DNA of 61,096 nucleotides, counting the filler, from Sphacelaria rigidula (taxonomy: Eukaryota), in the NCBI GenBank assembly GCA_964200075.2. It is 5 parts of 5 records of this genome, joined end to end, with 100 filler letters (N's around TTAATTAATTAA, not from the genome) between each part and the next. Parts side by side here need not be neighbours in the genome. Positions count along the whole stretch, not along the records: positions 1 to 12,142 come from CAXNAA020004085.1; positions 12,243 to 24,383 come from CAXNAA020004086.1; 3 more parts are not named here. One strand, given 5' to 3'. The position numbers and the translations under genes are program-made. Of the stretch, positions 1 to 12,830 are shown piece after piece. How positions within the stretch are numbered: the first letter of the stretch is position 1; every line of letters starts with the position of its first letter. A model generated the notes under the pieces. It made no database searches and had not been told where the DNA came from. It saw only the letters and a list, made by a program, of their open reading frames with translations.

Positions 1-90
1 CCGCCCCGGCTTCGTAGGGATGCGAGGTCAATGGTCTCATGACTATGGCATGCATGATTATGAGTACACCCCCCCCCGCCGCCGCCGCCA
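1..90 (+). repeat. 3' end of dispersed repeat family A (probably LINE-derived)
   Basis: ggtcaatggtct..atgacta.ggcatgca.gat.atgagtacaccc matches 11405-11450 and 29860-29910. Confidence 0.7.
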
Positions 91-346
91 GAACGAGTCT
101 GGCTCTGTCTTCTTGTCTTTTGTATTCCTTCTTAACGTTTCATTATTTTACGAGCTGGGCCAGCCTAGAGGCGGATTTGAAGTTTCCAGGTCCGTTCTCT
201 TTTATACACTTAGAGTTGGACCCTGAAATTTGGTATGGACAATGCATAGGGCATAAAAAAAAAGACTACTGAGGGACCAAAATGTTTCTTTTTTTCATGA
301 GTCAGGTGCATTTTTTCCGATACCTGAAAACCGATTATTGCCCTGC

Positions 347-1164
347 GGCCGGATGTTATGGCAACAGATCTTTGGCCCACAGATTTAGGAATCCTCGTGA
401 AACAAATCCGCAGCAAATTTGGTTTCGGGAACGATGTTATGGCAGCACACAGATTTTCATACCATACTGTTCTGATTTGTATACCTCCACCAGGGTTTCG
501 AGTTTTATGTTTAGCGTGTTTCAACAGTTCACAGTCCCGTAGATGTCTCGTGTGCTGTGGCGTGCTGTAGTAATTTAGAGTCACTGCCGCAGAGAGGTCA
601 TCACCACCCCACTAACACCAGTGCCGGTTCTTTTGAGCACATAAGTAAGCGACCATGCCCCCCTCGTTCTTGCTAAAGTTGAATCCTTCATCGAAGGATC
701 GCAGAGCTACTCGCCATACAGCGACAGTGCGCATCACATGTCTCTCTCAACGTATCTGCAATGGTTTTGCCAGGAGACTGACGAGCAAGGCGTGTCCTTT
801 TTTGTCTCGTACGCGCGAAGCGGGCTTCATGGCGTGTCGGCTGCGGTGTGTGGTTTACTTCGTGTGTTGTTGGTTGTTGTCGACAGGATCACTCACAAAG
901 GTGCAGCCAGCACGCCGGCACATCAAAGAAAAACGCGGCGTGACCCCATAATGACGGTCTGCCGGCCAAAACGCAAAAATCCGTGTGCAAAATTCTGTGT
1001 TTCCCAACCCCCGCCAGTTTGCCCAGAATTCTGTGGGACTCGGGCCCCGAATCTTGGCCACGGATTTTTTCACCCGAAATTTCGATAAATCTGTACCCAT
1101 AACATGGGTGTCACACGAATTTTGAAGATCCGGGGCCGAAAATCTGTTGCCATAACATCCGGCC
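347..1164. mobile_element. MITE / non-autonomous DNA transposon with GGCC-starting TIRs (PIF/Harbinger-like)
   Basis: Perfect 23-bp inverted repeat ggccggatgttatggcaacagat at 347 and ending 1164, with degenerate extension. Right flank is TTA; left TSD is not preserved. Confidence 0.6.
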
Positions 1165-1646
1165 TTAGAGTACGATTTTTTAAAATGCCCAAATGTAGAA
1201 AATACCCTATCCAAAACATCCTTGGATCATTCATCATGGCAGTTAAGGTTGGATTCGTAGGGGGTCTGTCGATCTGCACCATTCTCATCAGTCCAAAGAC
1301 ATGGCCTTCTTATGGTCTCAGGGTACGTTCGTGTGAAAATTTCACACCGACACTCCGGAAATCTAGGGAGGAGCAAAACATGCAAACAAATCTGGACTTT
1401 TTTGGGAGGGGAGGCAAGTACATTCCATCGATTCGAACGAATCTCGATGGTTACTGGGAATCGTGTTGACATTTTTCGGACACGCATAATTTATAAGTAT
1501 ATGGAAGACGGACGATTTGCTACTTTTTTTTTCTTCTGATGCTGTTAAAAATAAGAGATTGGGAATATATTCCTTTTTGCGCACACAGGTTGCTATCCTT
1601 TACATCGAAATACCTCGAGCTGCGAGTTAAAAAATCCAAAATGGAT

Positions 1647-1705
1647 ACAAATTGTAACAATCGTCCTGTTGCATCCAATGTGCAAGTAGAAGCATTCAAT
1701 TCCTC

Positions 1706-1761
<56 letters not shown>

Positions 1762-1910
1762 GCCCGGCCCCACCACCCCCTCCCCCTCCCTCCTCTTTCT
1801 CTATTTTTCTCGCNNNNNNNNNNACAAATTGTAACAAACCTCCTGTTGCATCCAATGTGCAAGTAGAAGCATTCAATTCCCCCGCCCCCCCCCCCCCTCC
1901 TCCCTCCCCG
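1647..1910. other. Duplicated ~60-bp segment plus poly-C runs around a 10-N gap (likely assembly artefact)
   Basis: acaaattgtaacaa...gcattcaattcc occurs at 1647 and again at 1824, directly after the N gap. Confidence 0.6.
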
Positions 1911-2229
1911 CCCCGCGTCACCCCCGCCATGCGAGAGTACTGGACCAAAGCCGTCTGTCGCTATCTCAGTTTGACTGTACTGTACGGTACAGCCACAAGC
2001 CCTGAGGGTATGTATAGGAGCCTGCGGTTTTATCCTTTCATTCAGGCGAGAGGCTCCGTGCATGAAACATGCGCTTCAAGTCATCGCACAAGTGGATACA
2101 CCGTGGCTCCATCAACCCGCCTGCTCACGAGACGGCGAAGGTTTGGGTCCGGCGGTTTCTTATATTATCCTGCACAGGGTAAGAGGTGTGACACTCCGAG
2201 ACCGACCGTAAACATGTACTCTGCAACGC

Positions 2230-2780
2230 ACTCTAGACAGCTTTTTGTGTCTTCACCTGATCTACTATGCTGCGTCTTGGGCTTCATCAACTTTGTGGTC
2301 TCCTCTGTTCTCTTCACACCTCCCTCTGTGTGTGCTCTTTCCCCCCGGTGTACGCGAGCAGCAGTTTGGTGCCTCGATTTCATGGGGTTCATGGGCAAGA
2401 GCTCGTATCCCACCCTATGTGGTCGAAATAGACAGGCCGCGATCTTTTCCCACATTTTTTTCTCCTTTCGATTGGGTGGTATGAATGCGTGTGCTTTTGT
2501 GTAAGAACTTTTCCACCTGAAGCCATGTCGTAGAGGCCGACTATTTTTACTGTTTTGTTGTTCTTGTATTTTTTCTTGCCTCAGTGTTTGTTTGTTTTCA
2601 GCCCACTCTGTTTCCATTTGTTTGTCTGCCTCGCTTTCCTTCAGCTAGTGTTTCCCTTTTGTTCCATCTCGGGTACGTCTGTCATGTAGATACTGACCAC
2701 GACTGGATCATGACTCCTGGGCGATCCGTTATGTGCGACAGCCCATCAATCAACCGATCAATCAATCGAATCACCTCAAT
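2230..2780 (+). mobile_element. 3' tail fragment of RTE-like LINE family
   Basis: gcagtttggtgcctcgatt.c.t.ggg(t)..a.gg block is shared with 25860-25900, which follows RT-like coding sequence; ends in (atca)n. Confidence 0.5.
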
Positions 2781-2984
2781 CAATCAGATAGTCACCTCTA
2801 CATCCCCAGTACTGTATCATGGACTGCCCGTTCGTTCATCGCGCCCTAAATCCACGCAGCAGCTTGTTGGCAACACTCACATACAGACATGGACGTAAAA
2901 AGGAGGGGGGGGGCGGGTTGTAGACCGCCAAGCCTACGTTTCCGCCACGAGCTCTAAGCGCTGGAGCAAAACACCGTGCACATT

Positions 2985-4604
2985 TCATGGATTGTGCAGG
3001 CGTGAGATTGGTGGGCTTGGCGGGTCGTATCCATATTCAACGGAGTACGGCGACGTGAACGTACCGTCAAAACAACGTTTCGTATCTCGGTTGTCTTCGA
3101 TCTTCCCGCAGAGTCCGTGCCTACTGTTGTACGCTAACATCAATTGCTTGGCGTCAGATGCAGACGTTTTTGCGTGAAACCTGCTGTGCTGCAAAGATAT
3201 ATGATATACCTAGCTGTCCCACCACAGAATCTTGCTATCGGGGTTCACTGCACAATTTGCCCTGGGGGAACAAAAGTCTTCCTTACGATAAAATCTCGTG
3301 AGAAATGGGGCTACTACTATAGCTGTTCTAGACTCAACAACCACTCTGTGTTACGAAAATCTCTACTCCAAATCTATTTCCTGATGAGCGATCCGTTCTT
3401 TTGCAAATTGCTGCAAAATTTGGCAACACAATGCACTCACTCTTCCTTTCGAAGCCATGACACCGCCAAACAGCGCCCCGACAGTGTTGGCGTGTTTTTA
3501 TCACAGCCTAACGCCCACCCCCGTCGCCCACGCCCCACACCCACAGCACCTTGATTGTAGGGTAGGGGTCGATGGGCTTCCGTGCGTGTGCCCGTGCTTT
3601 GCTTTTCGAGTGAAGAGACGGCTACTACACCAGTTGACCACCGCTGTGTATACAGTAAGTGGAGTAATCTACGCCGCCCCTTTGATTTCCCAGGGTGCTT
3701 TGGCTCCTTGCCCAGCTAGTATCACAGAGAATATGCCAGTGCTTTGACGACCTGAAGTAGTGGGAGAAAGTGCGGGCGGATACAGCGTAGCAGTCAGGGT
3801 TCGCAGGACAGCGGTCTGGGACCCGCTTAGTGGACAACAGTATGTTGTAGTTACAGTAGGAGTTTTTGAATATCATGTTGTACAGTGAAAGAGGGGGCGT
3901 GCGTTGATGTGAACAACGATTTCTCGTTCTAGGTTTCACAGAAGGCGAATGCAGAAGGCGTAGCAAAATTGCAGGAGATATAGTACAGAAATATATTGTA
4001 CTCACAATTGAATCTGCAGGCAGTCGTGTTTCCCAGGCAGAGCATTGTTCACGTTATCCAAGCAGTATCCCAACCGCTCGTGGCAAAACATCGTCGTTAT
4101 TTATAATAAGTAAATCTGATGTACTGCCATATTTTCAAAGTCACTGCAAAAAGTGTCGTCGCGTCGATAGACTGCTACTGTCAGCTGATTTGTAGAATAA
4201 ATATCTTGTCTATAGAATTTTCTAGGGAAGCATCAGGATGAGAAGCAGTGTGTTTGTCCGTTCGCTGCACTGAAAATAGTTGACTACCCACCTGAGAAGT
4301 TGTAAACTCCAGGCGAAAGTGATTGGTGACTCGAAGCCACCCTTCAGGCGATGGGGATTTAAATACGGCGTGCCGGAGGCCAGGGGCTGGCCATGAACCT
4401 CGTTTATGGATCTTTCTGCCCTCTCCATGAAGGGAATAAGCACTGTCCTTGCAGGTTTGCAGTTTTGTCGCCACCTGGCGGTACTGAGGATATGCAACGT
4501 ATAAACATAAATATTCCGGGTGTTTGAAGTTGATCTTGCCGTGAGTGTACCTGGAAGACTCCCTACATGTCAGCTGTGTGTAACAGTACAATAGCGCCTT
4601 AAAC
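2985..4604 (-). CDS. Putative orphan multi-exon gene (exons 4604-4292, 3825-3752, 3180-2985; possible first exon near 4700-4677)
   Basis: AG/GT-bounded exons join in frame (phases 2/0/2) into ~194 open codons ending TGA. No recognised domain. Head-to-head with the ankyrin gene. Confidence 0.4.
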
Positions 4605-4931
4605 CTGCGCACTCATGGTATTTGTTAATTTTTGTCCATGTAGGCAGTCACCCGACCTGACTTTACTTTGAGTACCTTCCTATACGGAGCGAAGGCAGCA
4701 TTCCATTCAATGCAATGCAGTCATGATTCCGTCCGTTCCGTATACTGTCTGTTTCAGTACGAGGTATCTCTTGGTGCTGTTATTTCAAGAACACGCTAGC
4801 ATATCGACTGCGGGCACCTCGCCACGCTCACATCACCCTACGATCTTTATTGTACGATGGGTGACGATTGTTAGTAGTGCAGTACATGGTGTGCAGTCCA
4901 GTCCAGCGGCACTTCGTCCTGGTGTTGCTGT

Positions 4932-7823
4932 ATGCCATCTTCGTGGGTTCGCCGTTGCACATGGTTGTTCGGTAAACCAACGTCCCTATCCGACCCGCCT
5001 GTCGGCTCCCTGGTGAACTGCAGAACGTTGACGACAAACGCAAGCATCTGGACAGCCGCCGAGCTCGGGGATGCCGCCCGCGTGAGCACACTGATCAGGG
5101 AAAAGGGTCGCAGCCCGAATGCGCTGGATCCCCATGGGTACACGCCGCTCCATCTTGCCGCGCAGCGTGAGTTTCACACGCACCGTACTATTTGTGAAGG
5201 TCAACCGTGAAGATATATCGTACAAGTACTCGAATCATCGATTGGTATTTTGTCGTGCGTTAACTGATCCGCCACAAATTTACGAATCCTGCCGTGTTCA
5301 CAAGAGAAGCGTGTCGAAGGTCAACTAAACGGAAACACTCGGTGTAGAAAACTCGAGAAAGGGAAACTATGGAGAGGGAGGTACAGAACAAACGCAGAAA
5401 ACTTTACACGGGAAAAAACAAAGGTGGCGCGAGAAGGAAAACTTGGAGTTCAAAACTATGTGCGTTTTCCAAGATATTGCTTATATTCTCATCTATTGGT
5501 GTCCTCGAGATAAGGTACCATTTGTTTTTCTTACGCGTGTCGCAAGCGGTAAATATTGCGAATTGAGCCGTGTTTTTGAATCTTTTACAACGGTGTCGCG
5601 AGGCTGCTTCTCAGCACAAAAAAGAGAGCGCTCCCATCCCGGTTGCCCACTCTGATGGAGCGGCCGGTACTTGGCCTGTCGTCGTGCCTTGCTGCAGTTT
5701 GATTTTACGAATACCGCCCCTCTGAGTTATGATAAGAATCACTTCGATGATTTTGACCAACTCTGACGTCAACACCTGAACGGTCGAAATTCTCCCCCTA
5801 TCCATCTACCTCGTGCACACTCGGTCAGAGGGTAGGTTGACAGTGGTTCGCTTCTTACTGGAAGCAGGCGCCAATCCTGACGGTGTATCGCGAGAAGAAG
5901 GAGGGTGTGGGGCAACCCCACTTCATAGGTAGGTCGCTGTTTTGCGTAGCAGGGGGCCTTGGGTCCCGGTTTGTCGAGTGTTTCGTGCTCACTTGAGGAT
6001 ATTGGGCGCACGCGGCCAGGGGGGCAGGGGTACAGTGGGGAGGCGATTTTTAGGTTCTCATGAGCAAGTTTCAATAGTGAACTTCGGCATATTCTTGACG
6101 GGCGTTTGTTCCTGTTTTCTCGTTTCGCCCTCCCCCAACAACGCCCAATCTACCAATCTATACTTATTTTCTATTATTACTATGCTGGTTTTTTTTTGCT
6201 GCTCCTGACCACGGGCTGGATTGTTGCAATCAGTTCATGTAAGATAATGAGTCAGTCAATCAATCAAGTTAATCAGGGAAGACGCGTATGAGATCATAGA
6301 TGCGGCTCGTTGGTGTCGTCTCGCCCTCATGTACCCACTTTCTCTATTTCAACACGTGGTAGAAGCCTTGCGTGCCGACAAGAAGCCTGATCTCCGTTTT
6401 GCCTATTTGCTTCGCCCACCGTGATCTGCAACTGTACTCTACCCTCAGTCATCATTTAACTGAAACAACTCTGGAAAAACAAAGAACTTGCTAACCACGC
6501 TTCACCCGCCCCGTTCTTCTGATACTCAGGGCAGCATACTCCGGCCAACTTCCCTGCGTCCGGGCGTTGCTGTCCGCCGGAGCCGATCCTCACCCTGCGG
6601 ACGCGTCCTTCCTCGACATGAAAACCCCATTGCACAAGGCGGTTGACCAGTGTCACCGAGAAATTGCCGTTGCGTTGATGGATGCTGGCGCCGACCCAAA
6701 TGCCACCGACGCTGCTGGAAACTCCCCGATGGACGTATTATTCTCGCATTTTCCCTCCACACAGACAGCACCCTGTCCTTGCTATTGCCCTGGGAAGATT
6801 CAAGTAGACCAGGGTAAAGGATCAAGGGGGGAATCTGGTCGTGCAGCAGCCACCGTCGCCGGATTGGGACGATGTCACTGTGCCGGCGGCAGATGTGACG
6901 GCCATGAATTCAATGCCCGGCGAGGTTGCTATGCGTCGACAGCAAGGGGGGGCGGGAGCGGGAGTGGTTATGATAAGAAAGAGTGGAAGAGCCTGGCGGA
7001 GGCTCTGGAGCGATACGGAGGCGAGCGGGGGCAGCGGCCGCAGCGAGGCAATGGCGACCTATGCGTCTTTGCAAATAACGTTAGCCCCGATGATAGGCGA
7101 ACGCCCCCCGACGGTGAAAGTGATGATTGTAAAAGTGGTTCAATAACCCAAAGGGATCTGGAGCAGGAGACAACAGGATCCTCATTAGTTTCGCTGGCAG
7201 CGGTGGCGCCGACGCGAGGTGTGGGTCGTGAGGGCTGCGATTCGTCGATATCATTTTCCGCTGCCGTGGTCGAATCAGAGCCGTACAACGGGACCGGAGG
7301 CAAGAAGTCCGTATACAAGTATTCTCACGGGCACGATGACCGTCCTGCCCACCATGATTTGGAAACAAACGCATCTGCCCAGGAGTATCCTCCACCCCCG
7401 CCGTCATGGAAGGAAGTAAAGTCACAGACTGGAGACCAAAGCTTAGAGCGTGGCGGTCAAGATCACAACCGAGAAGTGGTTTCGAGAGGAAAAGCTCCGA
7501 AAAGATCGGTTGTTCACGGTGTAAAGACTGGAGCTGATGACGTATTGAAACGACACACTTCGGGGTCTCCGTTGGTGGGAGAAACGGGTGTTGCGACTGC
7601 GCCAGAATATGCAGTCGACAGAGGCACGATACGTAGTAGCGGTGATAGCCAGGGTTCGGCGGCCGGGGGTATGCCTGGGGACAGCATGGGCGTGCCTTGC
7701 GGCGAGTGCCGATTGCCCAAGGTGGTGATGGTGCGCGCATCTTGTTGCGGAGGGCTGATTTGCAAGTCTTGCGTCAGAAATATCAATTTGCGGCGGGAAC
7801 TGTGTCGACGATGTGGGGAGTAA
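4932..7823 (+). CDS. Ankyrin-repeat protein (ANKRD39-like N-terminus) with low-complexity linker and C-terminal RING-like zinc finger; exons 4932-5166, 5829-5928, 6530-7823 (~542 aa; start uncertain)
   Basis: Spliced ANK repeats IWTAAELGD, GYTPLHLAAQQG, GATPLHRAAYSG and KTPLHKAVDQCH are continuous across GT-AG junctions. Ends CGEC-x11-CC-x4-CKSC-x10-CRRC. Confidence 0.85.
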
Positions 7824-8586
7824 AATCAAAAGATAGCCTACTTAGAGCAAGTGAGGTTGATGCTGGCGCTCAGTAGTCGCGTTTCAAAATGAGGACCTCA
7901 AATGCACTACTGCTGTTTTGTACAGAAAGATACCGACGAAGCGTTTGCCTCATAACGACTGAAGCGCTCCGCGTCAGATGAGGATATGCAGTTCGTTCAT
8001 GCGACGTCAATTCTTCACATGTGTTGTAGGCAGACAGCAACAGACAAATAGCTTCCCACGTGACAGAGACACATGAAAGGAGGCAGCGATAAAAGCACAG
8101 TACAATCCGCTCTTGTCAGTCGAGGGAGAGGAAAATGGCAGTTCTGCACATCTACATGTATTTTCTGTACTTCCATGGTGTTTTTTCCAACTTGACGGAC
8201 AAGCCAATGAAATGCAGACAAGTGTGCAGGGGCCGCCATGAAAAATCAAAGCAAGGCCGTGCACAACCACCGCTTCGATCCCAGCAGCAGATGGGCACCC
8301 TCATACAATAATGGCACACGGTTGGGGAAAACGCATGAATGTGCCATGCATATCCCCCCCAAACTGCGGTTCGACGTTGAGTAAGGAGATGATGGCCCTT
8401 TACTGTCGTTCCCTACCATGAATGATGACAAATCGAAAGGGTCCGCAATGACGGGAGCAGGCGCATACTACCGGTTCCCGATGCCCGGAGTTAGCTTCCA
8501 AACGCTACTACACGAGTCGAACATAGCAGTTGACACGCTGGACGCCCATGCGTGTCTCTTAAATTCGCTAGCAAGAGTGTGAGGAG

Positions 8587-11500
8587 CTATTTGCTCGAAG
8601 TGCTAACAGTATCATCAGCGACATCATCCACCCCGTCGATAGCTTGTGGTTCTTGCTCATCTGAGACTGTCAACAGAGCCGCCGCTACCCTTCGGTCTTC
8701 GGCGTTCAGCACGTTGAACGTCGAGCACGCGTTCACCTGTTTCGGCGGTTGGAAAAAAAAACGAAAAAAGAAAAAGAAAAAAATGTAACACGAGAAAAAT
8801 CGGGCAGAAGGGCGATGGACGATGGGTAAGATGAACAAGAAAACAAACAGTCGAATAAAGCCAAGTGCGTATTGAAGTGGTTTCCTGAATGGATAACAGG
8901 CAAATAAACAAAAAATACAACCAGCGAACACCAGAAACACGCGACGGATGTCAGTGGAACTTGAACGATTTTCCCACACCCGAAAAACCAAGCGGGCACT
9001 TCGGGCAAACGTAACCGGCAGTATATTTGGATCCCGGAGTATGCCACGCTCAAATAGCCACTAGTGCAGGCCTTCTCACCGTGTCTAGTTGCTCGACTCG
9101 AATACCCTTGGATCGTAGATGCTTCATCAAGGCCGGGTCAAGTCTGCTCATCATTTTCTCACCCACCCCGATTAACAGCAGATCTGGGTCATACGTGCGC
9201 CAGAGACATCAGCAAAAGGAAGAGATGAAACGTTAGGACGTCAACAACAACAGAAATGTAATGGAGTAAAACGGCAACGAAAACTAAATGAAAAATGAGC
9301 CACGAGCGGCAGACAAAGCACAACGAAGGGCTGCGCCGCCCAGATTACCCTATATACTGGCGCCACGAACATTTACAAAAATGATATCTTCGGAGCGCCA
9401 TGCCGACGAAACAGTGTCATCAATCATGGAAAGAGAACATGACGACCGGATCGCACATCACTGGGCGATGGTATTTTGCGAAATGAGGAGAGATGTTGTT
9501 CTGCAGGTTTGAATTTTGAGCAAGTACTTGTTGCGCAAGATCGCTGACTGAAAACATGCCCTGGTTCCTGACCCCTCGTAATACGCAAAAATTGGGCTCA
9601 TGACTGCTCTGGGTGCTAGTTATCGACTTAAGTGTCCGCAAAACCCTGGCGAACTGTACCGGCAAGCTTCCAAGAGAACATACACAGTTTAGCCTTGGTC
9701 TAGACCGCACACGCTGTAGACGAATCACGGGTGTTTCACGTACAAGGACATCTTGTGACATTGCGGTCATGTCCGCGTATATCTTCTCATCTACCCCCGT
9801 CTCGATCATCACGATAACTGACGGTAGCTGCTGAAAAGTCACGGCAGGCATAACTGCTCATGCCGAAATAAGCATGGCGGGTACGCCAGAATCCAATTCC
9901 ATGCCCTTAGTAGCCGCCTCTCACCGATTTTGGGTTGAACAAGCTCCACAAGGCGGAGACTTTCTACGGTAATGTCGTCGAATGTCTTCGGCGCCCACAA
10001 GAAGTAGCTGTTCGGCAAAGCAAGCATCGAGCCCCTCACGTCCACGCCGTCCGTCATTTGGAAACCCCACTCGTCGTACCTGACAAACCCACCCAGCCCG
10101 AGGTCCAGGAAGTAACACAAAACGGAAGACTACAGTTCGATGAACACGTCCGTAAGTACAATGAGACTACGTTTCCAGGAGGACAGATACACAGAATAAG
10201 AAACGAAACATCACCCCAAGATGACGCACGTCAATTCACAACGAGGCAAGAAAAAAACAAAAGACAGCCGACTGCAGCAGGAGGTGGAGAATCGGCTCCG
10301 CTAAAACAGTGGCGCCGAGTCTTGGCGGGGGTTTCGTAGTGTATGGGTGTCAATCTCGAGACTGAAGCTTCATTCGATCGGCGCATATCTTGCGGTCCAT
10401 GTGTGTTCAAATCGTGCACTTTCTCGTCATCCTAAGGTATTCAATATCGAGAACGGGGTGGATGAAGATTTCCTACGGGAAGTGGCTGCAGCACGGCGAA
10501 CATTTCTTGTGCCACGTCAGTCTCGATCAATAGATGTGGATCCAATATCCAGATGGCAATATAGCGTCCTTCTCCTAGATTCGATTACTTTTCAAGTGTC
10601 ACTATCTGCGCTGGCCTCATGAGACGCTGTCCGACAAATGCACTACAGAACAGTACAAAAGCGAGGCCCACACTCGTCCATGATATCTGCACCCTGTTCT
10701 AGCAGCATTTATCCCTGCGAGGCCGCTTAGATCTTACTCTTGCCCTGGTCACTTCAATTTGCTATTCGTCTCCCTATCATCTCAGAGGGGGAGGAGTGCA
10801 AGTGTCAGCAGCAACAGCGACAAAAATCGATAATCACATCGATCACTCCACCAAGGATTCCTTTGTTTTTTGGTTGGACCTTTTACCAGTGTTTTATTTC
10901 TTGCACCTACACCCCTACTTCCCCCCCCCCGTCTTGTCTCCTTTGAGGGTTGGGGTCAATTGCCAACGGGGCTGTAAAACACACCACTCACTGCGTAAGC
11001 CAGGCAACCAGGTTACCGGGGTTTTTTCGCGCGCTTGCCTTTTTTTCGCGGTAGCCATGATGGTGGTCGAGCTAGATCATATTGTGCGGAGTGGAGTACC
11101 TCAACTCCGCGCAATGGGGGTGATCATACTACGCCGTGTTTACATGGTGAGACACCCATGAGGCAGTGAGGAACCCGTGGCTGTCTCTGGAAGTGGTAAT
11201 ACCAGAAAATGAAGCAATTAATTGTAGGCTGTCATCCATATAAAAGATGCTTAGTGCGCTTCGGGCCGAACATCCTCTGCAGGATGAAGCTCACCCTCCA
11301 TGCGACTCGCCGAATGCATCACGGCGCTTCGCGCTCGGCGATTCATTGCGAGCCTGGTCCGGCGAAAACCCGGCGTACTCCGCCCCGACGTTGTAGAGAT
11401 GTAAGGTCAATGGTCTAATGACTACGGCATGCAAGATCATGAGTACACCCTCGTCATGCTGTTGTCATTGTTGCTGCTGCTCACCCGGCAATGACGGCCT

Positions 11501-11660
11501 TAGGTCTAGCTTCTGGATCGTCTGACATGAGATCTTGACCCTTGCCAAGACTAGGAAGAGGCCGAGGCTTTTCATCCTTCTCTTCGACCTCAGGCTCGGC
11601 AGTACGCTGGTCCGTGGTTGAGGAGGGTGGGCCTTCACCGGACCCTCGCATAGTGCTCAT
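8587..11660 (-). CDS. NDUFAF3: Complex I assembly factor NDUFAF3 (Mth938/DUF498 domain); exons 11660-11485, 10079-9925, 9183-9080, 8736-8587 (~194 aa; true start may be upstream)
   Basis: Spliced peptide IAGYDEWGF..VRGSMLALP..FLWAP..ESLRLVELVQPKIDLLLIGVG..LRSKGIRVEQLDTVNACSTFNVLNAEDRRVAAALL matches the family signature; all exon phases fit. Confidence 0.92.
10975..11450 (+). repeat. Dispersed repeat family A copy in NDUFAF3 intron 1
   Basis: Collinear with 29435-29930; both translate to similar degenerate MVV.L.H....G.PQLRA.G...L.RV.MVRHP peptides. Confidence 0.75.
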
Positions 11661-12142
11661 GCCACGCTGCGCCACACTTTGTGCATCTCTGCGATTTTCA
11701 AGAAGCCCAAGCACATGTCGAGTTATTGTTTGTCGCAAGCAGTGTGCTCAACGAAGTAGCTCGTTCACCCCTACGCACAGACAATCAGTACATACGCTGG
11801 AGCGCGGCGAGAACTTGGAAGAATACGGTAAAATGCAATTGCGGGTTTACTGAGGTGATTGAGTAGTATGCAGCAAGGGTATGGCTGGTTGGCGCATTTT
11901 TACTGTACAGTAGCTGCTACCGATGGACGAAATTCGTGAGAGGTGCTTCGATACACCGATCCGAACCTTGAAAAAAGTTGGGATTCCACGGGAGGAAGCA
12001 GCTAGGATATCCCGCATGCCCTAACGATAGGTAAACATTGCCGCGGGTTGGCAAAGAGCTTAGAATAGAGGCCCATTGATATTAACCCTTTTGGGACTGG
12101 GCCTCCAGAACGACCAACGAGGCTGGTTAGGAATGACGTGTC

Positions 12143-12242
12143 NNNNNNNNNNNNNNNNNNNNNNNNNNNNNNNNNNNNNNNNNNNNTTAATTAATTAANN
12201 NNNNNNNNNNNNNNNNNNNNNNNNNNNNNNNNNNNNNNNNNN
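12143..12242. other. Artificial 100-bp contig linker (N44-TTAATTAATTAA-N44)
   Basis: Identical linker occurs four times and gives stops in all six frames. Confidence 0.98.
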
Positions 12243-12830
12243 GATTGACCGCTTTTCACTCTCAATCGTATCATCTACTCTCGATCTCACGAAAACACTG
12301 TTGTGTGTGTTTCCGGCTGGCCGTAGTTACTTATTCGCCTGGCTACATGTGCACATCAAATACCGAACTTGTGCCGGAATCAATTTGAACAGTACAGAAC
12401 ACACCATTCCGAGCTGGGGAATTAGACCCGGAATATTAACGATTTCCGCGGGGGTGAGAATTTCGCCGAAGGATTAGACTGGTACTTTCCCGAGACATGT
12501 CCTTCGCACAACTAGCGCGACTCTCGGAAACCATCAAAACTGGTGAGAGGCTGTTGAAGCAGCATGATATTTTCGACCAAGCGGCTCTTTTATTTTTGGT
12601 CGAGAATCCCGGGTAATCGCTCATCAGCTTCACGGAACTCGGCGAAAATCGATCGTGTTTCCAAGGATGGTTCGAGTGGGCCAACTTTCAATGTGTGACA
12701 CGTTTGCGTGAACAGAGTCAAGGTTCAAGGGAGAAGAGAATGACGGCCGACCGGATTATCGCGCCACACGAAGAGCGCAGACCAGTGAATTCGACCACCT
12801 CTCTCGCGTGAGGTCGAATAAACAATCATC
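12243..12830 (+). pseudogene. Degenerate DNA-transposon relic, possibly Mutator-like
   Basis: Leading gaccgcttttcactctcaa/ctactctcgatctcacgaaaac recurs at 34710 (+) and 34470-34512 (-). A stop-interrupted frame (..LVENPG*SLISF..) loosely recalls MULE transposases. Confidence 0.25.

Noticed and set aside
1539..2504. 321-aa polyproline (formin/extensin-like) ORF
   Set aside because: Produced by poly-C runs, a duplicated segment around an N gap and a LINE tail; no domain or splice support
12187..12198. Regularly spaced TTAATTAATTAA palindromes as a biological periodic signal
   Set aside because: Embedded in N runs; a standard six-frame-stop contig linker
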